A DNA stretch of 64,000 bases from Candidatus Levybacteria bacterium RIFCSPHIGHO2_01_FULL_40_16 (GCA_001783805.1 MFNS01000001.1:128649-192648); one strand, 5' to 3'; numbered from the stretch's first letter, positions 50,449 to 60,294 are shown. The notes: generated by a model not told the origin, from the sequence alone. Made by a program: numbers and translations.

Positions 50449-53400
50449 TCAAGAATCTAAATGGTTAACCGACGAGATTTTTTCGGCAATAATCGAAGGG
50501 AGATCGTTTTTTGTGTCCAAGTGCCCCTCGACGATTATCACGGAATCTCTAACCAGCAAACTTTTATATTGTTCAAATGTCCGCGGGAAAACTACGCATT
50601 CCACTGAAATACCCTTTTCATTCGCTATTACCAAAAAAGCCATTTCACTATTATTTTTTTTCGTAAATATTCTCCTTATGGACTCAATTATTCCGCCAAT
50701 TTTTATTTTGGCACCTTCTTTCTCTTCCGGAAGGTGTTCAATTTCATGGGAGATTGCGGATTTGACGTAAATAAGATTATCCAGCTGCGGATGTGATGTC
50801 AAATAAAGACCAAGAAATTCTTTTTCAAAAGCCAATTTTTCATTTGGGGAAAAATCATCAACGGAGTTATCAAAACTTTTATCTTCCGTTTTTACGCCAT
50901 CTTTTTCATTAAAGAGGCTGGTTTGACCTTCTTTTTCTTGTTTTCTTTTCTTGTGCGCTTTATCAACAATTTCAGGGTAATACATTAATAGGCTGGCTCT
51001 GTTTCCAAAAGTGTCCATTGCACCAGCCTTGATCAAGCTTTCAATTGTTTTTTTATTTACAGGCCCAAGATCAACTCTAAAACAAAAATCACCGAACGAT
51101 TTAAATTTCTCATCCTTACGGGCATCCAAAATGCTTTTTATGGCCGCTACCCCAACATTTTTAATAGCGGTTAGTCCAAATCTGATATTTATTTTATTTT
51201 CAATGGAAAAATCACTATGCGATTTATTGATATCTGGAGGAAGTATAGTAACCTTTAAGCGCCTGCATTCGGCAACTGCCTGAGCAATTTTTTCATTTTT
51301 TACAGGTCCAGTTGTGCCGCGGGACTCCGCGGTTAAGAGCGCTGTCATAAATTCAACCGGATAGTGAGCTTTAAGATAAGCAGTTCGAAAGGCAATTGTT
51401 GCGTATCCTGCGGCATGAGCTTTATTGAAGCCGTATCCCGCAAACGGTTCAAAGAGAATCCAAAACTCTTCAGCTTTTTTTCTTACCATTCCGTTGGCAA
51501 TGCACCCTTCTACAAATTTGTCGTGTTGCTTTTTCATGTCAGCGGTAATTTTTTTGCCAATCGCTTTCCTAAGCTTATCTGCCTCAAGCCAGGAGTAACC
51601 CGCCACTTTTATAGCGGTTAAAAGTACGTCGTCCTGGAATGTAATAACCCCATAAGACTCTTTTAAGATGTCCGAAAGACGGGGATCTGGATATTTTATT
51701 AGAGAAGGATTGTGTTTTCTTCTGATAAATTCCGGAATGTTTGCCATAGGGCCCGGCCGATACAGCGCAACCATGGCTTGAAGATCAAAGATACTCGTTG
51801 GTTTTAGATCTTTAATGTATCTACGCATCCCCGAAGATTCGAGCTGAAAAATTCCGGTTGTTTCACCGGAGGAAAGCAATTCATACGTTTTTTTATCTTC
51901 GTAGGTAACCGTTGATAAGTCTATATTTTTTTGTTGGTTTTCCTTTATGAAACGAAGTGATTCCTGGATGATGGTTAAGTTTCGTAGCCCTAAAAAGTCG
52001 ATCTTCAACAGCCCAACCCCATCTTCTCCGACAGTATACATATCATACTGAGTGATGATTTTTTCCCCATTCGTTTCTTTTTGAAGAGGCGTATACTCGG
52101 TTAAGGGTTTATCCGCAATGACTACTCCTGCGGCATGCATGGAAGCATGTCTGGCGACTCCTTCCAGTCTTTTTGCCAAATCGAGAAGTTTTCTTGTTTC
52201 TGGCTCGGATTGGTAAGCTATTTTTAACTCAGGGCTTTGGTCTAAAGCTTTTTCAATAGTCATAGCGCGTCCCTGCCAACCCGGAGGAATCATTTTTGAA
52301 ATTCTGTCAGGACCCGAATAAGGCATGCCTAGCGCGCGTCCCGTGTCTCTGACTGATCCTCTGGCTTCCATAGTTCCAAAAGTAATTATTTGCGCAACTT
52401 TATCCCGGCCGTATTTTTCCGTCACGTATTCGATGACTTCATCACGTCTATTATCAGCAAAATCCAAATCTATATCTGGCGGTGATGGACGCATTGGGTT
52501 AAGGAATCTTTCAAATGGCAGCTTAAAAAATAAGGGATCAACGTCGGAAATTTCTAAAGCATATGAGACAATTGATCCTGCATTTGATCCTCTTCCTGGT
52601 CCAACCGTTATGCCGTGAGACTTAGCCCAATTAACAAAATCCGCTACAATTAAAATATATGTTTCATAGCCCTTTTTAAGGATGACCGAAAGCTCGTATT
52701 CAGTTCTCTCCTTTATTTGTTCTGTAATTTTTTTATATCTTTTCTTGAGCCCTTCTTTGACTTGCTCTTGAATGTATTCAGCGGGGGATTTGGAGTTGGG
52801 AACGTCGAAAACAGGCATGATCCATTTGCCTAGAGTTATCTCAATGTTGCACATATCGGCGATTTTTACGGTATTTTCGATTGCAGCGGGCGTTTGAATA
52901 AAAAGTCCGGTCATTTCTTCCTGAGATTTTATATAAAAATCCGGAGAAGAAATCATCGAAAGTTTTCTGTTTTTTGTGTCAATGGTCGTTTGAGTTTGTA
53001 TGCAAAGAAGAATTTCTTGAGCCTGCGCATCGGACGGGCTAACGTAGTGATTGTCATTAGTTGCAACCAGAGGTATCCCCAATTTTTGAGAAAGGTTAAT
53101 TAGCTTTTCGTTTAAGGCGTCCTGATCTTTAACGTCGATATGTTTTTGAATCTCCAAGTAAAAGTTATCCTTACCGAAAATTTCCGAAAGAGTTTGGGCT
53201 CTTTTTTTTGCAGTTTCCTCTTGATTCTGCAGTAACGGTTCTGAGACGAACCCATTCACGCAGGAGCTTAGACAAATTAATCCTTCATGGTGTGTTTTCA
53301 GAAGTTCCATGTCTGTTCTAGGTCTGTAATAATATCCCTCAAGATTGGCAATTGAGATTATTTTCATTAAATTTTTATAACCCACATTGTTTTTTGCCAG

Positions 53401-53673
53401 AAGGATTAAATGGTTGGAGTCTGTGTCCAATCCGGCTTCTTTGTCGTGGCGTGATCTCCGTGACACATAAATTTCGCAGCCAATAATCGGCTTTATGCCT
53501 TCGTCAATGCAGATTTTGTAAAACTTTATTGCCCCGTACATATTGCCATGGTCAGTTATGGCAATTGCCTTCATTCCTAGCTCTTTGGCGCGGCCTACCA
53601 TATCTTTTATTTTTGAAAGCCCGTCCAAAAGTGAAAATTCACTATGATTATGAAGATGTACGAAGTCTGCCAT
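50449..53673 (-). CDS. dnaE: DNA polymerase III alpha subunit
   Basis: HLHNHSEFSLLDG, GPGRGS, PDIDLDF, YGFNKAHA. Confidence 0.97.
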   Translation of the reverse strand: MADFVHLHNHSEFSLLDGLSKIKDMVGRAKELGMKAIAITDHGNMYGAIKFYKICIDEGIKPIIGCEIYVSRRSRHDKEAGLDTDSNHLILLAKNNVGYKNLMKIISIANLEGYYYRPRTDMELLKTHHEGLICLSSCVNGFVSEPLLQNQEETAKKRAQTLSEIFGKDNFYLEIQKHIDVKDQDALNEKLINLSQKLGIPLVATNDNHYVSPSDAQAQEILLCIQTQTTIDTKNRKLSMISSPDFYIKSQEEMTGLFIQTPAAIENTVKIADMCNIEITLGKWIMPVFDVPNSKSPAEYIQEQVKEGLKKRYKKITEQIKERTEYELSVILKKGYETYILIVADFVNWAKSHGITVGPGRGSNAGSIVSYALEISDVDPLFFKLPFERFLNPMRPSPPDIDLDFADNRRDEVIEYVTEKYGRDKVAQIITFGTMEARGSVRDTGRALGMPYSGPDRISKMIPPGWQGRAMTIEKALDQSPELKIAYQSEPETRKLLDLAKRLEGVARHASMHAAGVVIADKPLTEYTPLQKETNGEKIITQYDMYTVGEDGVGLLKIDFLGLRNLTIIQESLRFIKENQQKNIDLSTVTYEDKKTYELLSSGETTGIFQLESSGMRRYIKDLKPTSIFDLQAMVALYRPGPMANIPEFIRRKHNPSLIKYPDPRLSDILKESYGVITFQDDVLLTAIKVAGYSWLEADKLRKAIGKKITADMKKQHDKFVEGCIANGMVRKKAEEFWILFEPFAGYGFNKAHAAGYATIAFRTAYLKAHYPVEFMTALLTAESRGTTGPVKNEKIAQAVAECRRLKVTILPPDINKSHSDFSIENKINIRFGLTAIKNVGVAAIKSILDARKDEKFKSFGDFCFRVDLGPVNKKTIESLIKAGAMDTFGNRASLLMYYPEIVDKAHKKRKQEKEGQTSLFNEKDGVKTEDKSFDNSVDDFSPNEKLAFEKEFLGLYLTSHPQLDNLIYVKSAISHEIEHLPEEKEGAKIKIGGIIESIRRIFTKKNNSEMAFLVIANEKGISVECVVFPRTFEQYKSLLVRDSVIIVEGHLDTKNDLPSIIAEKISSVNHLDS

Positions 53674-53691
53674 ATCGTATTAAGTATAGAG

Positions 53692-55014
53692 TTATTTCAA
53701 TTTCATTTCCAGAGCAATTTTTATCTGATTGGCGTCTCCCTTGGGGAAATGTTGTTTTGCTTTTCCGAGTAAAAATCCAATAGCTTGAACTTTACCTGTT
53801 TTGTAGTCATTGACCGCTTTGGGGTTTTCATTGATGACTTTATTGATAATTTCACTTAGTTTCTTATTGTCAAGGATATTTATTTTTTTAGAAATTACAA
53901 TACATTTAATTAATTCTGCCGGCATTATGTTCTCAATATCGATTTTTTTGTTTATGATTACATTGGTAATTTGCTTTGCGTTTACTTCAAAAGTTTTCCC
54001 AGCTCTTACAGCTTCTTCAAAATAATTAGACAATTCCTTTTCTCGGGTCAAAATTTCCGCGTCATACCTTGGTAAACCATAATTTTTTGTAAATCTTACA
54101 AGTTTTAAGTCCGGCAATTCCGGCATTTGAGATTTGAAATTTGAGATTTGAAATTCCGATAATCGTATCGGCGGGATGTCCGGTTCCGGAAAGTAACGGT
54201 AATCATTCGCTTCTTCTTTGATTCTTTGGGAAACGGTTTTTTGTTTATCTTCATTCCATCCGCGCGTTTCCTGAACTGGCGTTTTTCCCACATTCAAAAT
54301 CTCCGTTTGTCTTTTAATTTCATATTCAATTGCCTTTTCTACAAATCGAAATGAATTAATGTTTTTAACTTCAACTTTATAATTTGGCAATTCGCTTTTG
54401 AGTTTTGAGTTTTGAGTTTTGAGTTCGCGAAGTGATATGTTGGGTTCAAGGCGCATGTTGCCTTCCTCCATGTCTGCGTTGGAAACGCCAAGATAGCGGA
54501 CGATTTGCTGAAGTTTTTTCAGGTATTCCACAACTTCTTTGGCGGTTTCAAAATCCGGTTCTGTCACAATTTCAACCAAAGGCACTCCGGAGCGATTAAA
54601 ATCTATCAATGAATCATCGCCTTGATGAGTCAATTTGGCAGTGTCTTCTTCCATGTGTACACGGGTAATGCCAATCTTTTTGCCGTTTGATAGGGCAATA
54701 ACCCCTTTTTGGCAAAAGGGCTGATCGTACTGACTTATTTGGTAGCCTTTGGGTAAATCGGGATAGAAATAGTTTTTCCGGTCAAATTTTGAAAAATTGG
54801 CAATTTTACAATTTAACGCCAGTCCAATCATGATGCACCAGTCAATAGCTGTTTTATTCGGGACAGGCAAAGCGCCGGGAAGACCTAAGCAAACGGGGCA
54901 GGTGTGAGCGTTAGGTTTCTTACCAAAATAATCCGCGGAACAACCGCAAAACATTTTAGATTTTGTTTTTAATTCAACATGAACTTCCAGTCCGATTACC
55001 GTTTTATAGATCAT
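53692..55014 (-). CDS. gatB: Asp/Glu-tRNA amidotransferase subunit B
   Basis: IGLEVHVEL, FDRKNYFYPDLPKGYQISQ, YRYFPEPD. Confidence 0.97.
   Translation of the reverse strand: MIYKTVIGLEVHVELKTKSKMFCGCSADYFGKKPNAHTCPVCLGLPGALPVPNKTAIDWCIMIGLALNCKIANFSKFDRKNYFYPDLPKGYQISQYDQPFCQKGVIALSNGKKIGITRVHMEEDTAKLTHQGDDSLIDFNRSGVPLVEIVTEPDFETAKEVVEYLKKLQQIVRYLGVSNADMEEGNMRLEPNISLRELKTQNSKLKSELPNYKVEVKNINSFRFVEKAIEYEIKRQTEILNVGKTPVQETRGWNEDKQKTVSQRIKEEANDYRYFPEPDIPPIRLSEFQISNFKSQMPELPDLKLVRFTKNYGLPRYDAEILTREKELSNYFEEAVRAGKTFEVNAKQITNVIINKKIDIENIMPAELIKCIVISKKINILDNKKLSEIINKVINENPKAVNDYKTGKVQAIGFLLGKAKQHFPKGDANQIKIALEMKLK
54125..54155 (-). repeat. In-frame heptamer array in gatB (FQISNFKSQM)
   Basis: + strand atttgag atttgaa atttgag atttgaa. 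Confidence 0.85.
54396..54425 (-). repeat. In-frame perfect heptamer array (CTCAAAA)x4 in gatB (LKTQNSKLKS)
   Basis: + strand ttttgag x4. Confidence 0.9.
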
Positions 55015-55025
55015 AATTTTCTCCT

Positions 55026-55091
55026 TGTCATGCTGAATTTAGTTCAGCATCTCCCTTTTTGGGTAGATCCTGAAACGAGTTCAGGATGACA
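55026..55091. repeat. TGTCA...TGACA palindromic element between gatA and gatB
   Basis: tgtcatgctgaatttagttcagcatc...gatcctgaaacgagttcaggatgaca; two internal hairpins. Confidence 0.85.
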
Positions 55092-56507
55092 CTAGAGTAT
55101 GGGTTTCATTTTGTGCCATTCCGTTGTCTGTTCGTATGCATGTCCGATTTGAAATAATTTAGCTTCTGAAAACTGCTGACCCAGAATTTGCATTCCAACG
55201 GGAAGGCCTTTTGAGAATCCAATTGGAACGGAAAGTCCCGGAATTCCTGCCAAATTAGCAGTGACAGTAAGAATATCTGATAAATACATTTTCAATGGGT
55301 CATTAATTTTTTCTCCCAATTTCCAGGGAAGGGTTGGGGAAACAGGAGAAATAATTGCATCAACTTGCTTGAAAGCATTTTCAAAATCCTGTTTTATTAA
55401 AGTCCTGACCTGCATTGCTTTTCTATAATATGCATCATAATATCCCGCAGAAAGCGTAAATGTTCCCAACATAATTCTTCTTTTAGCTTCTTCACCGAAA
55501 TTCTGCCTTACAGAACCAAAACGAACCCCATCGTATCTTGCTAAATTTGAGGATACTTCTGACGGCTGGATAATATAATAACAGGCGATCGCGTAATCGG
55601 AATATTTTAAATTAATATCTATAATCTCTGCTCCCAAATCTTTTAATTGTTTTTCAGCGAAAAGAAAAGGCTTTTTTACTTCATCATCAACATTCTCCAA
55701 ATCTTTTCTGCTTATTCCGAGTTTTAATCCTCTTATTCCCTTTTTTAAATCTTTAAGATAGTCTGGAACAGGTTTACTTGAAGTTGTTGCGTCGTTTGCG
55801 TCTTTACCTGCAGTAACATTTAAGAATAATGCGGAATCTTCAACTGTCTTTGTAATATGTCCAATAGAATCAAGGGAAGACGCCATTGAAATAATTCCGT
55901 ACCTGCTGACTCTTCCGTAAGTTGGTTTTAGTCCGACAATATTGCAAAAGCTGGCCGGTTGCCTGCTAGAACCGCCAGTGTCGGTACCTGTAGCGGCGAT
56001 ACACATGTCAGACGCTACAGATACAGCTGAACCGCTTGAAGATCCTCCAGGCACGTACTCTTTATTCCACGGATTTTTAGTCGGACCAAAATCAGAATTT
56101 TCCCCAGATGCACCGTGTCCCCATGCGTCATGGTTTAATTTTCCAAGAATTATTGCGCCCGCATCTTTTAATTTCTTAACAACAGTCGCATCATATTCGG
56201 GAACATAATCTTTTAAAACATTTGATGCTGCAGTTGTTTTCATTCCCTTGGTTGAAAATAAATCTTTCAAAGCAATGGGAATTCCGAGCAGCGGCTTAGT
56301 CTCCCAGGCCTGGCCTTGCGAAGCTAAATTGTCAGCTTTTTTCGCTTGCTCCAACGCATCTTCTTCAGTGATAGTGATAAATGCATTTAATTCTCGATTG
56401 TGCTTTTTTATTTGCTCAAGACAAGCCTTCGTCAATTCAACCGATGAAAATTTTTTTGCTTTCAATCCCCCTTTTGCATTTTTAATTGTAAGTTGGTTTA
56501 GCTCCAT
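55092..56507 (-). CDS. gatA: Asp/Glu-tRNA amidotransferase subunit A
   Basis: PGGSSSGSA, GTDTGGS.RQPA, SSNLARYDG. Confidence 0.97.
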   Translation of the reverse strand: MELNQLTIKNAKGGLKAKKFSSVELTKACLEQIKKHNRELNAFITITEEDALEQAKKADNLASQGQAWETKPLLGIPIALKDLFSTKGMKTTAASNVLKDYVPEYDATVVKKLKDAGAIILGKLNHDAWGHGASGENSDFGPTKNPWNKEYVPGGSSSGSAVSVASDMCIAATGTDTGGSSRQPASFCNIVGLKPTYGRVSRYGIISMASSLDSIGHITKTVEDSALFLNVTAGKDANDATTSSKPVPDYLKDLKKGIRGLKLGISRKDLENVDDEVKKPFLFAEKQLKDLGAEIIDINLKYSDYAIACYYIIQPSEVSSNLARYDGVRFGSVRQNFGEEAKRRIMLGTFTLSAGYYDAYYRKAMQVRTLIKQDFENAFKQVDAIISPVSPTLPWKLGEKINDPLKMYLSDILTVTANLAGIPGLSVPIGFSKGLPVGMQILGQQFSEAKLFQIGHAYEQTTEWHKMKPIL

Positions 56508-56538
56508 AACAATTTAACAATTTATCAATTTAACAATG
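56507..56538. repeat. Octamer tandem array (TAACAATT)x4 between gatC and gatA
   Basis: taacaatt taacaatt tatcaatt taacaatg. Confidence 0.75.
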
Positions 56539-56539
56539 A

Positions 56540-56821
56540 TTAGTCTTCGAGTATTGCTTTTACTTTAAAAAATCCATTATGTTGGGACTTTGTGTTTGAT
56601 AAAGCTTCTTCTTGGGTTAAGGAGTTGATTGCCTTATCTTCTCTTGTGACATTTTCCAGTCCAGTCACTTGGGAGGTTGTTTCGACGTTTTTTGTATCTA
56701 CTTCTTTTAATTTCTCAAAGTAGTTGAGGATTTCGGAGAGTTGTTTTTCAAACTTTCTTTCTTCTTCGGGTTTTAAAGGTAAATTTGCCAGTTTTGCAAC
56801 ATGAGGAACATTTATTTTCAT
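56540..56821 (-). CDS. gatC: Asp/Glu-tRNA amidotransferase subunit C
   Basis: HVAKLANL, EVDT, NVTRED, FFKVKAI. Confidence 0.95.
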   Translation of the reverse strand: MKINVPHVAKLANLPLKPEEERKFEKQLSEILNYFEKLKEVDTKNVETTSQVTGLENVTREDKAINSLTQEEALSNTKSQHNGFFKVKAILED

Positions 56822-56913
56822 AGAACCATTATATTTACTTCTTTCGTAATCCGCAAGCCATATTAAGCAGAATATGGTAAAATATGAATTGCGAATTAGC
56901 CAATAAAGCTTAT

Positions 56914-57627
56914 ATGGAAGACAAAACTATTCTAAAGGAGACGACTAAGCCTGAAGTATTATCATATTATGAGGTAAAACAGGAACTTAGAAAAACGCTG
57001 CTTGTTGACTTTGATAATGCCTTAGTTGATCTTTTTGGTCTGCAAAATCGTTTTTTTCATAAAACCGTCGATCAAGAAAATCAAAAAACTGTCTTTGTAA
57101 CCGAATCTGAAGTTGAAGAAGAAAAAACGTTAATTGAACTTTATAAATATAAGCACGAAGGTCATTGGAACTATTCCTTAATGGTCAAGGGCGTTGAAGA
57201 GAGCACCCGTAGGCGGTTGGAGTTAAAATTTGAACGTTCTGTCATGCGTTTACGTTCTTCTGGACAAGAAAAAGACGAGATTTTCGATTCATTATGGTTC
57301 CTCAATGAAGGAAGTATCGCCATGGATAATGAGGACATAAAAGCAATACCGGAGAAATTCCTAAATAGCACGAAAAACTCTCCCAAAATTTATTTCTCAA
57401 GTACGCTGGGCCCTGACGGCAATAGATTCGGATCATTACAATTATCTATAGCTGGGACTTTAGGAAGCAGCTGGGGATTTGATATACACAGGGGAAGCAA
57501 TAATATTTTATCTAAAATAGGCCGTGAGAGGGCTTGGGAAATTAAATTACCTAACTATTTACGGACGTTTGGGGCCAAGGGGGAAGAGACTAATTTATCT
57601 AGATCCGTTTTTAGACCAGTCTCCTAA
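56914..57627 (+). CDS. Hypothetical protein
   Basis: Long ORF with no recognised motif. Confidence 0.6.
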   Translation: MEDKTILKETTKPEVLSYYEVKQELRKTLLVDFDNALVDLFGLQNRFFHKTVDQENQKTVFVTESEVEEEKTLIELYKYKHEGHWNYSLMVKGVEESTRRRLELKFERSVMRLRSSGQEKDEIFDSLWFLNEGSIAMDNEDIKAIPEKFLNSTKNSPKIYFSSTLGPDGNRFGSLQLSIAGTLGSSWGFDIHRGSNNILSKIGRERAWEIKLPNYLRTFGAKGEETNLSRSVFRPVS

Positions 57628-57736
57628 TTATCTCATCGCGAGCTTTTGTTTCTAGAGAATCGTTAAGATAGGTGCATAATGGTGATTAGGAAAGTTATAG
57701 TTGACGGGAGAATTTTAAAGTGGCAGAATGGAACTT

Positions 57737-58060
57737 ATGTTAACAAAAAAAGATATTAAGCAAATAATGCAGGGAGCTTTGAGAGAGTTCTTTGAGACCT
57801 TAGTCTTACAATATTTCGAGCATAACGAAAAGGAACATGGGGAAATGAAGACAATTCTTAAGTCGCACGATAAACGCTTTGATGATCTCGATAGTCGTTT
57901 TGACAGTCACGACAGGGACATTGATCTGATTCAGAGGAAATTGGAAAAGAGTGAGGATGATCATGAAGAAATTTTCAATAAACTTGAAAAAATTGACGGA
58001 CACGTCCAGGGTCAAGAAATAAGAATTTCAAAATTGGAAGACGTAGCCAGCATTATTTGA
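57737..58060 (+). CDS. Coiled-coil hypothetical protein
   Basis: Heptad pattern HDKRFDDLDSRFDSHD; TTGACG/CAGAAT promoter upstream. Confidence 0.65.
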   Translation: MLTKKDIKQIMQGALREFFETLVLQYFEHNEKEHGEMKTILKSHDKRFDDLDSRFDSHDRDIDLIQRKLEKSEDDHEEIFNKLEKIDGHVQGQEIRISKLEDVASII

Positions 58061-58907
58061 TTTTCATCTTCTGAAGAATACTTTTTTTGGCGCATTTTTC
58101 TAGAGAATCATCGAGGGGATTTGGTACAATATTTTTATTGTATTTTTTTTCAAGGGCAATTTTAATTAATAAATCCGTGAACTGCGGATTTTTTGGCAGA
58201 ATTGGGCCGTGTAAATACGTTCCGAAGCTGTTTTTATAAACCGCACCTTCGGTTTCGTCCCCCGCCTGCCACGACTTGCCGTCTGGTATGGCGGGCAGGT
58301 CTCCATTATTTCCGTATCCCTTAATCACTTTTCCGAGTGGTTTAACCGATTTCCCCAAGTAAGTTCTTCCTCCATGATTTTCGAAACCCACCAGCGCTTG
58401 CTCATTGTCATTCTGACGAAGGTCAGAATCTCCTTTTGTATGAGATCCTGAAACAAGTTCAGGATGACACGGACTAATGGCGATGTTGCCAATTAAGCGG
58501 GGTTCATCGGGACCCGGGTTTTCGGTATATAGATCGAGAATATTTAAGCCTTTAATAATTTTTCCATCTGCTTCTCTATAATATTTTCCCAGGAATTGGT
58601 ACGCGCCGCAGATATAGAGTCCGGGGATTCCATCTTCAATCATCTCTTTTAATGCTTCACGCTTTTTTAATAAATCATAAGCGACAATTTTTTGCTGTTG
58701 ATCCTGTGCCCCGCCCATAAATATCAAATCGCACATTTTCAACTCATTAATCTTAAATTCTAAATCAAGCAATTTAATTTCAACTTTAATCCCGCGCCAT
58801 TCGCAGCGTTTTTGCAAAACAATAATATTTCCCCGGTCTCCGTATGTTGACATTAACTCCGGGTATAACCAGCCGATTACTAAATTGTATTTTGTATTAT
58901 GTATCAT
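58053..58907 (-). CDS. gatD: Lipid II isoglutaminyl synthase glutaminase subunit (GatD/CobQ-like), with two in-frame insertions
   Basis: LYPELMSTYGDRGN, ICGAYQ, GFENHGG, GTYLHGPILPKN; follows murT. Confidence 0.9.
   Translation of the reverse strand: MIHNTKYNLVIGWLYPELMSTYGDRGNIIVLQKRCEWRGIKVEIKLLDLEFKINELKMCDLIFMGGAQDQQQKIVAYDLLKKREALKEMIEDGIPGLYICGAYQFLGKYYREADGKIIKGLNILDLYTENPGPDEPRLIGNIAISPCHPELVSGSHTKGDSDLRQNDNEQALVGFENHGGRTYLGKSVKPLGKVIKGYGNNGDLPAIPDGKSWQAGDETEGAVYKNSFGTYLHGPILPKNPQFTDLLIKIALEKKYNKNIVPNPLDDSLEKCAKKSILQKMKIK
58261..58299 (-). mobile_element. 39-nt hairpin insertion CCTGCCCGCC...GGCAGGCGGG, in frame in gatD
   Basis: Exact removal converts GNNGDLPAIPDGKSWQAGDETEG to GNNGEDETEG. 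Confidence 0.85.
58406..58469 (-). repeat. TGTCA...TGACA palindromic element, in frame in gatD (CHPELVSGS...RQND)
   Basis: Same architecture as 55026-55091. Confidence 0.85.
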
Positions 58908-58934
58908 GTATCATGTATCATGTATTAAGTATAA
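58886..58934. repeat. Heptamer array (TGTATCA)x~7 across the murT-gatD junction
   Basis: tgtattt tgtatta tgtatca tgtatca tgtatca tgtatta. Confidence 0.85.
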
Positions 58935-58936
58935 AA

Positions 58937-60265
58937 TTATAGAATCTTCTTTCCTGTCAGAATTTTTCTTACGTCAAGCATGGCTGAATAGGTCGGTAAA
59001 ATATATAAAATCTCGTCTTTTAGTGTTGCGATTAAGGCATCGAAAACAGCCTCTTCAAGATTTTCTATAATTTTAAATTTTGAACTGTAATTTTGACTTT
59101 TGACGTTTGAATTTTGAGCTTTAGAAGAATATTTTAAACGTAAAGCCATATCAAAAGCCCGATCACCGGAAATCAAAATATTTTTAAATTTAGAAATGTA
59201 TTCCTCTGTGTCAGCATCCCAGATCCAGGAAACGTCTCTTCCGTCAGGAATGCGGTCATTCAAAACCAACAATAAATTCTTGGCATTTAACCTGACAATT
59301 GTTTTTAAAGATTCGTTAAGGCTTGTGGGATTTTTTGACAGGAAAATCTGTATTTTTTTTCCATAAACATTCAATATTTCCTGTCTGCCAAAAGCCGGCT
59401 TAAAGTCTTTCAAAGAGGATATAATTTTTTCATTGCTAAAGCCAATCTCTTTTGCCAAAAGAACAGCAGCATTAGTATTGTATTTATTGTAGTCTCCGAA
59501 CAAAGGATAAATCGGCGAAGAAGTAAATGTTTTTTGCGGATGTTTAAGTCCACAGTTATCGCAATGCCAATTACCAAGATGTGAGAAATATGCAGAGTCG
59601 TAAGCTAATTTTCGGCCGCAATTCGGACAATAAGTTGAATCAGAAGCATGTTGGGCTTTATTAATACCATTTGCCGGATTAATTCCAAAGTATTTTACAG
59701 TTGCACCTTTAAGGTGTAAGCCTAAATAAGTTATTTGCGGATCATCAGCATTCAATATTAGGGTTGTTGCGCTATTTAATTTCTTCAAAGCTTCGCGCCA
59801 TTTACTGGCGATAGTATTTATTTCTCCATATCGATCCAATTGATCGCGGAATAAATTTAAAAGAATTATAAAATTAGGATCGGCTATTTCCTTCAAAATC
59901 AACGGAAGCGTATTTTCGTCAATTTCAAAAATCGTATAATCATAATTTAATGTACAAAGTACGTTGCTATGTAGCAGCATACTTGAAGCAATGCCGTTGA
60001 GAAGGTTTGCGCCACCTTCATTTTGGAAGACGCGGTAATTATTTTTTTTCAAAATAGTTCTTATCAGTTTGGCAGTAGTTGTTTTTCCGTTAGTTCCGGC
60101 AATCAAGATAATTTTTAATTTTGGATTATGCTTTAAAATTTGCTTGATAAAGTTTGGATTTATGGATAAGGCAATATGCCCCGGCCAAGTTGACCCCGAT
60201 CCGAGATTAAGTAAGCGACTAAAGGCTGAGAGTAATTTACCAAGCAGGATCAATAATAAATTCAT
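58937..60265 (-). CDS. murT: Lipid II isoglutaminyl synthase subunit MurT (Mur ligase + DUF1727)
   Basis: GSTWPG, GTNGKTTT, NLFRDQLDRYGE, CPNC..CDNC, DGRDVSWIWD, PTYSAML. Confidence 0.93.
   Translation of the reverse strand: MNLLLILLGKLLSAFSRLLNLGSGSTWPGHIALSINPNFIKQILKHNPKLKIILIAGTNGKTTTAKLIRTILKKNNYRVFQNEGGANLLNGIASSMLLHSNVLCTLNYDYTIFEIDENTLPLILKEIADPNFIILLNLFRDQLDRYGEINTIASKWREALKKLNSATTLILNADDPQITYLGLHLKGATVKYFGINPANGINKAQHASDSTYCPNCGRKLAYDSAYFSHLGNWHCDNCGLKHPQKTFTSSPIYPLFGDYNKYNTNAAVLLAKEIGFSNEKIISSLKDFKPAFGRQEILNVYGKKIQIFLSKNPTSLNESLKTIVRLNAKNLLLVLNDRIPDGRDVSWIWDADTEEYISKFKNILISGDRAFDMALRLKYSSKAQNSNVKSQNYSSKFKIIENLEEAVFDALIATLKDEILYILPTYSAMLDVRKILTGKKIL
59071..59125 (-). repeat. Degenerate in-frame heptamer array in murT (SKAQNSNVKSQNYSSKFK)
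   Basis: + strand ttttgac ttttgac gtttgaa ttttgag. Confidence 0.75.
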
Positions 60266-60294
60266 TGATATATTATATCCTATGACATTGAAGA

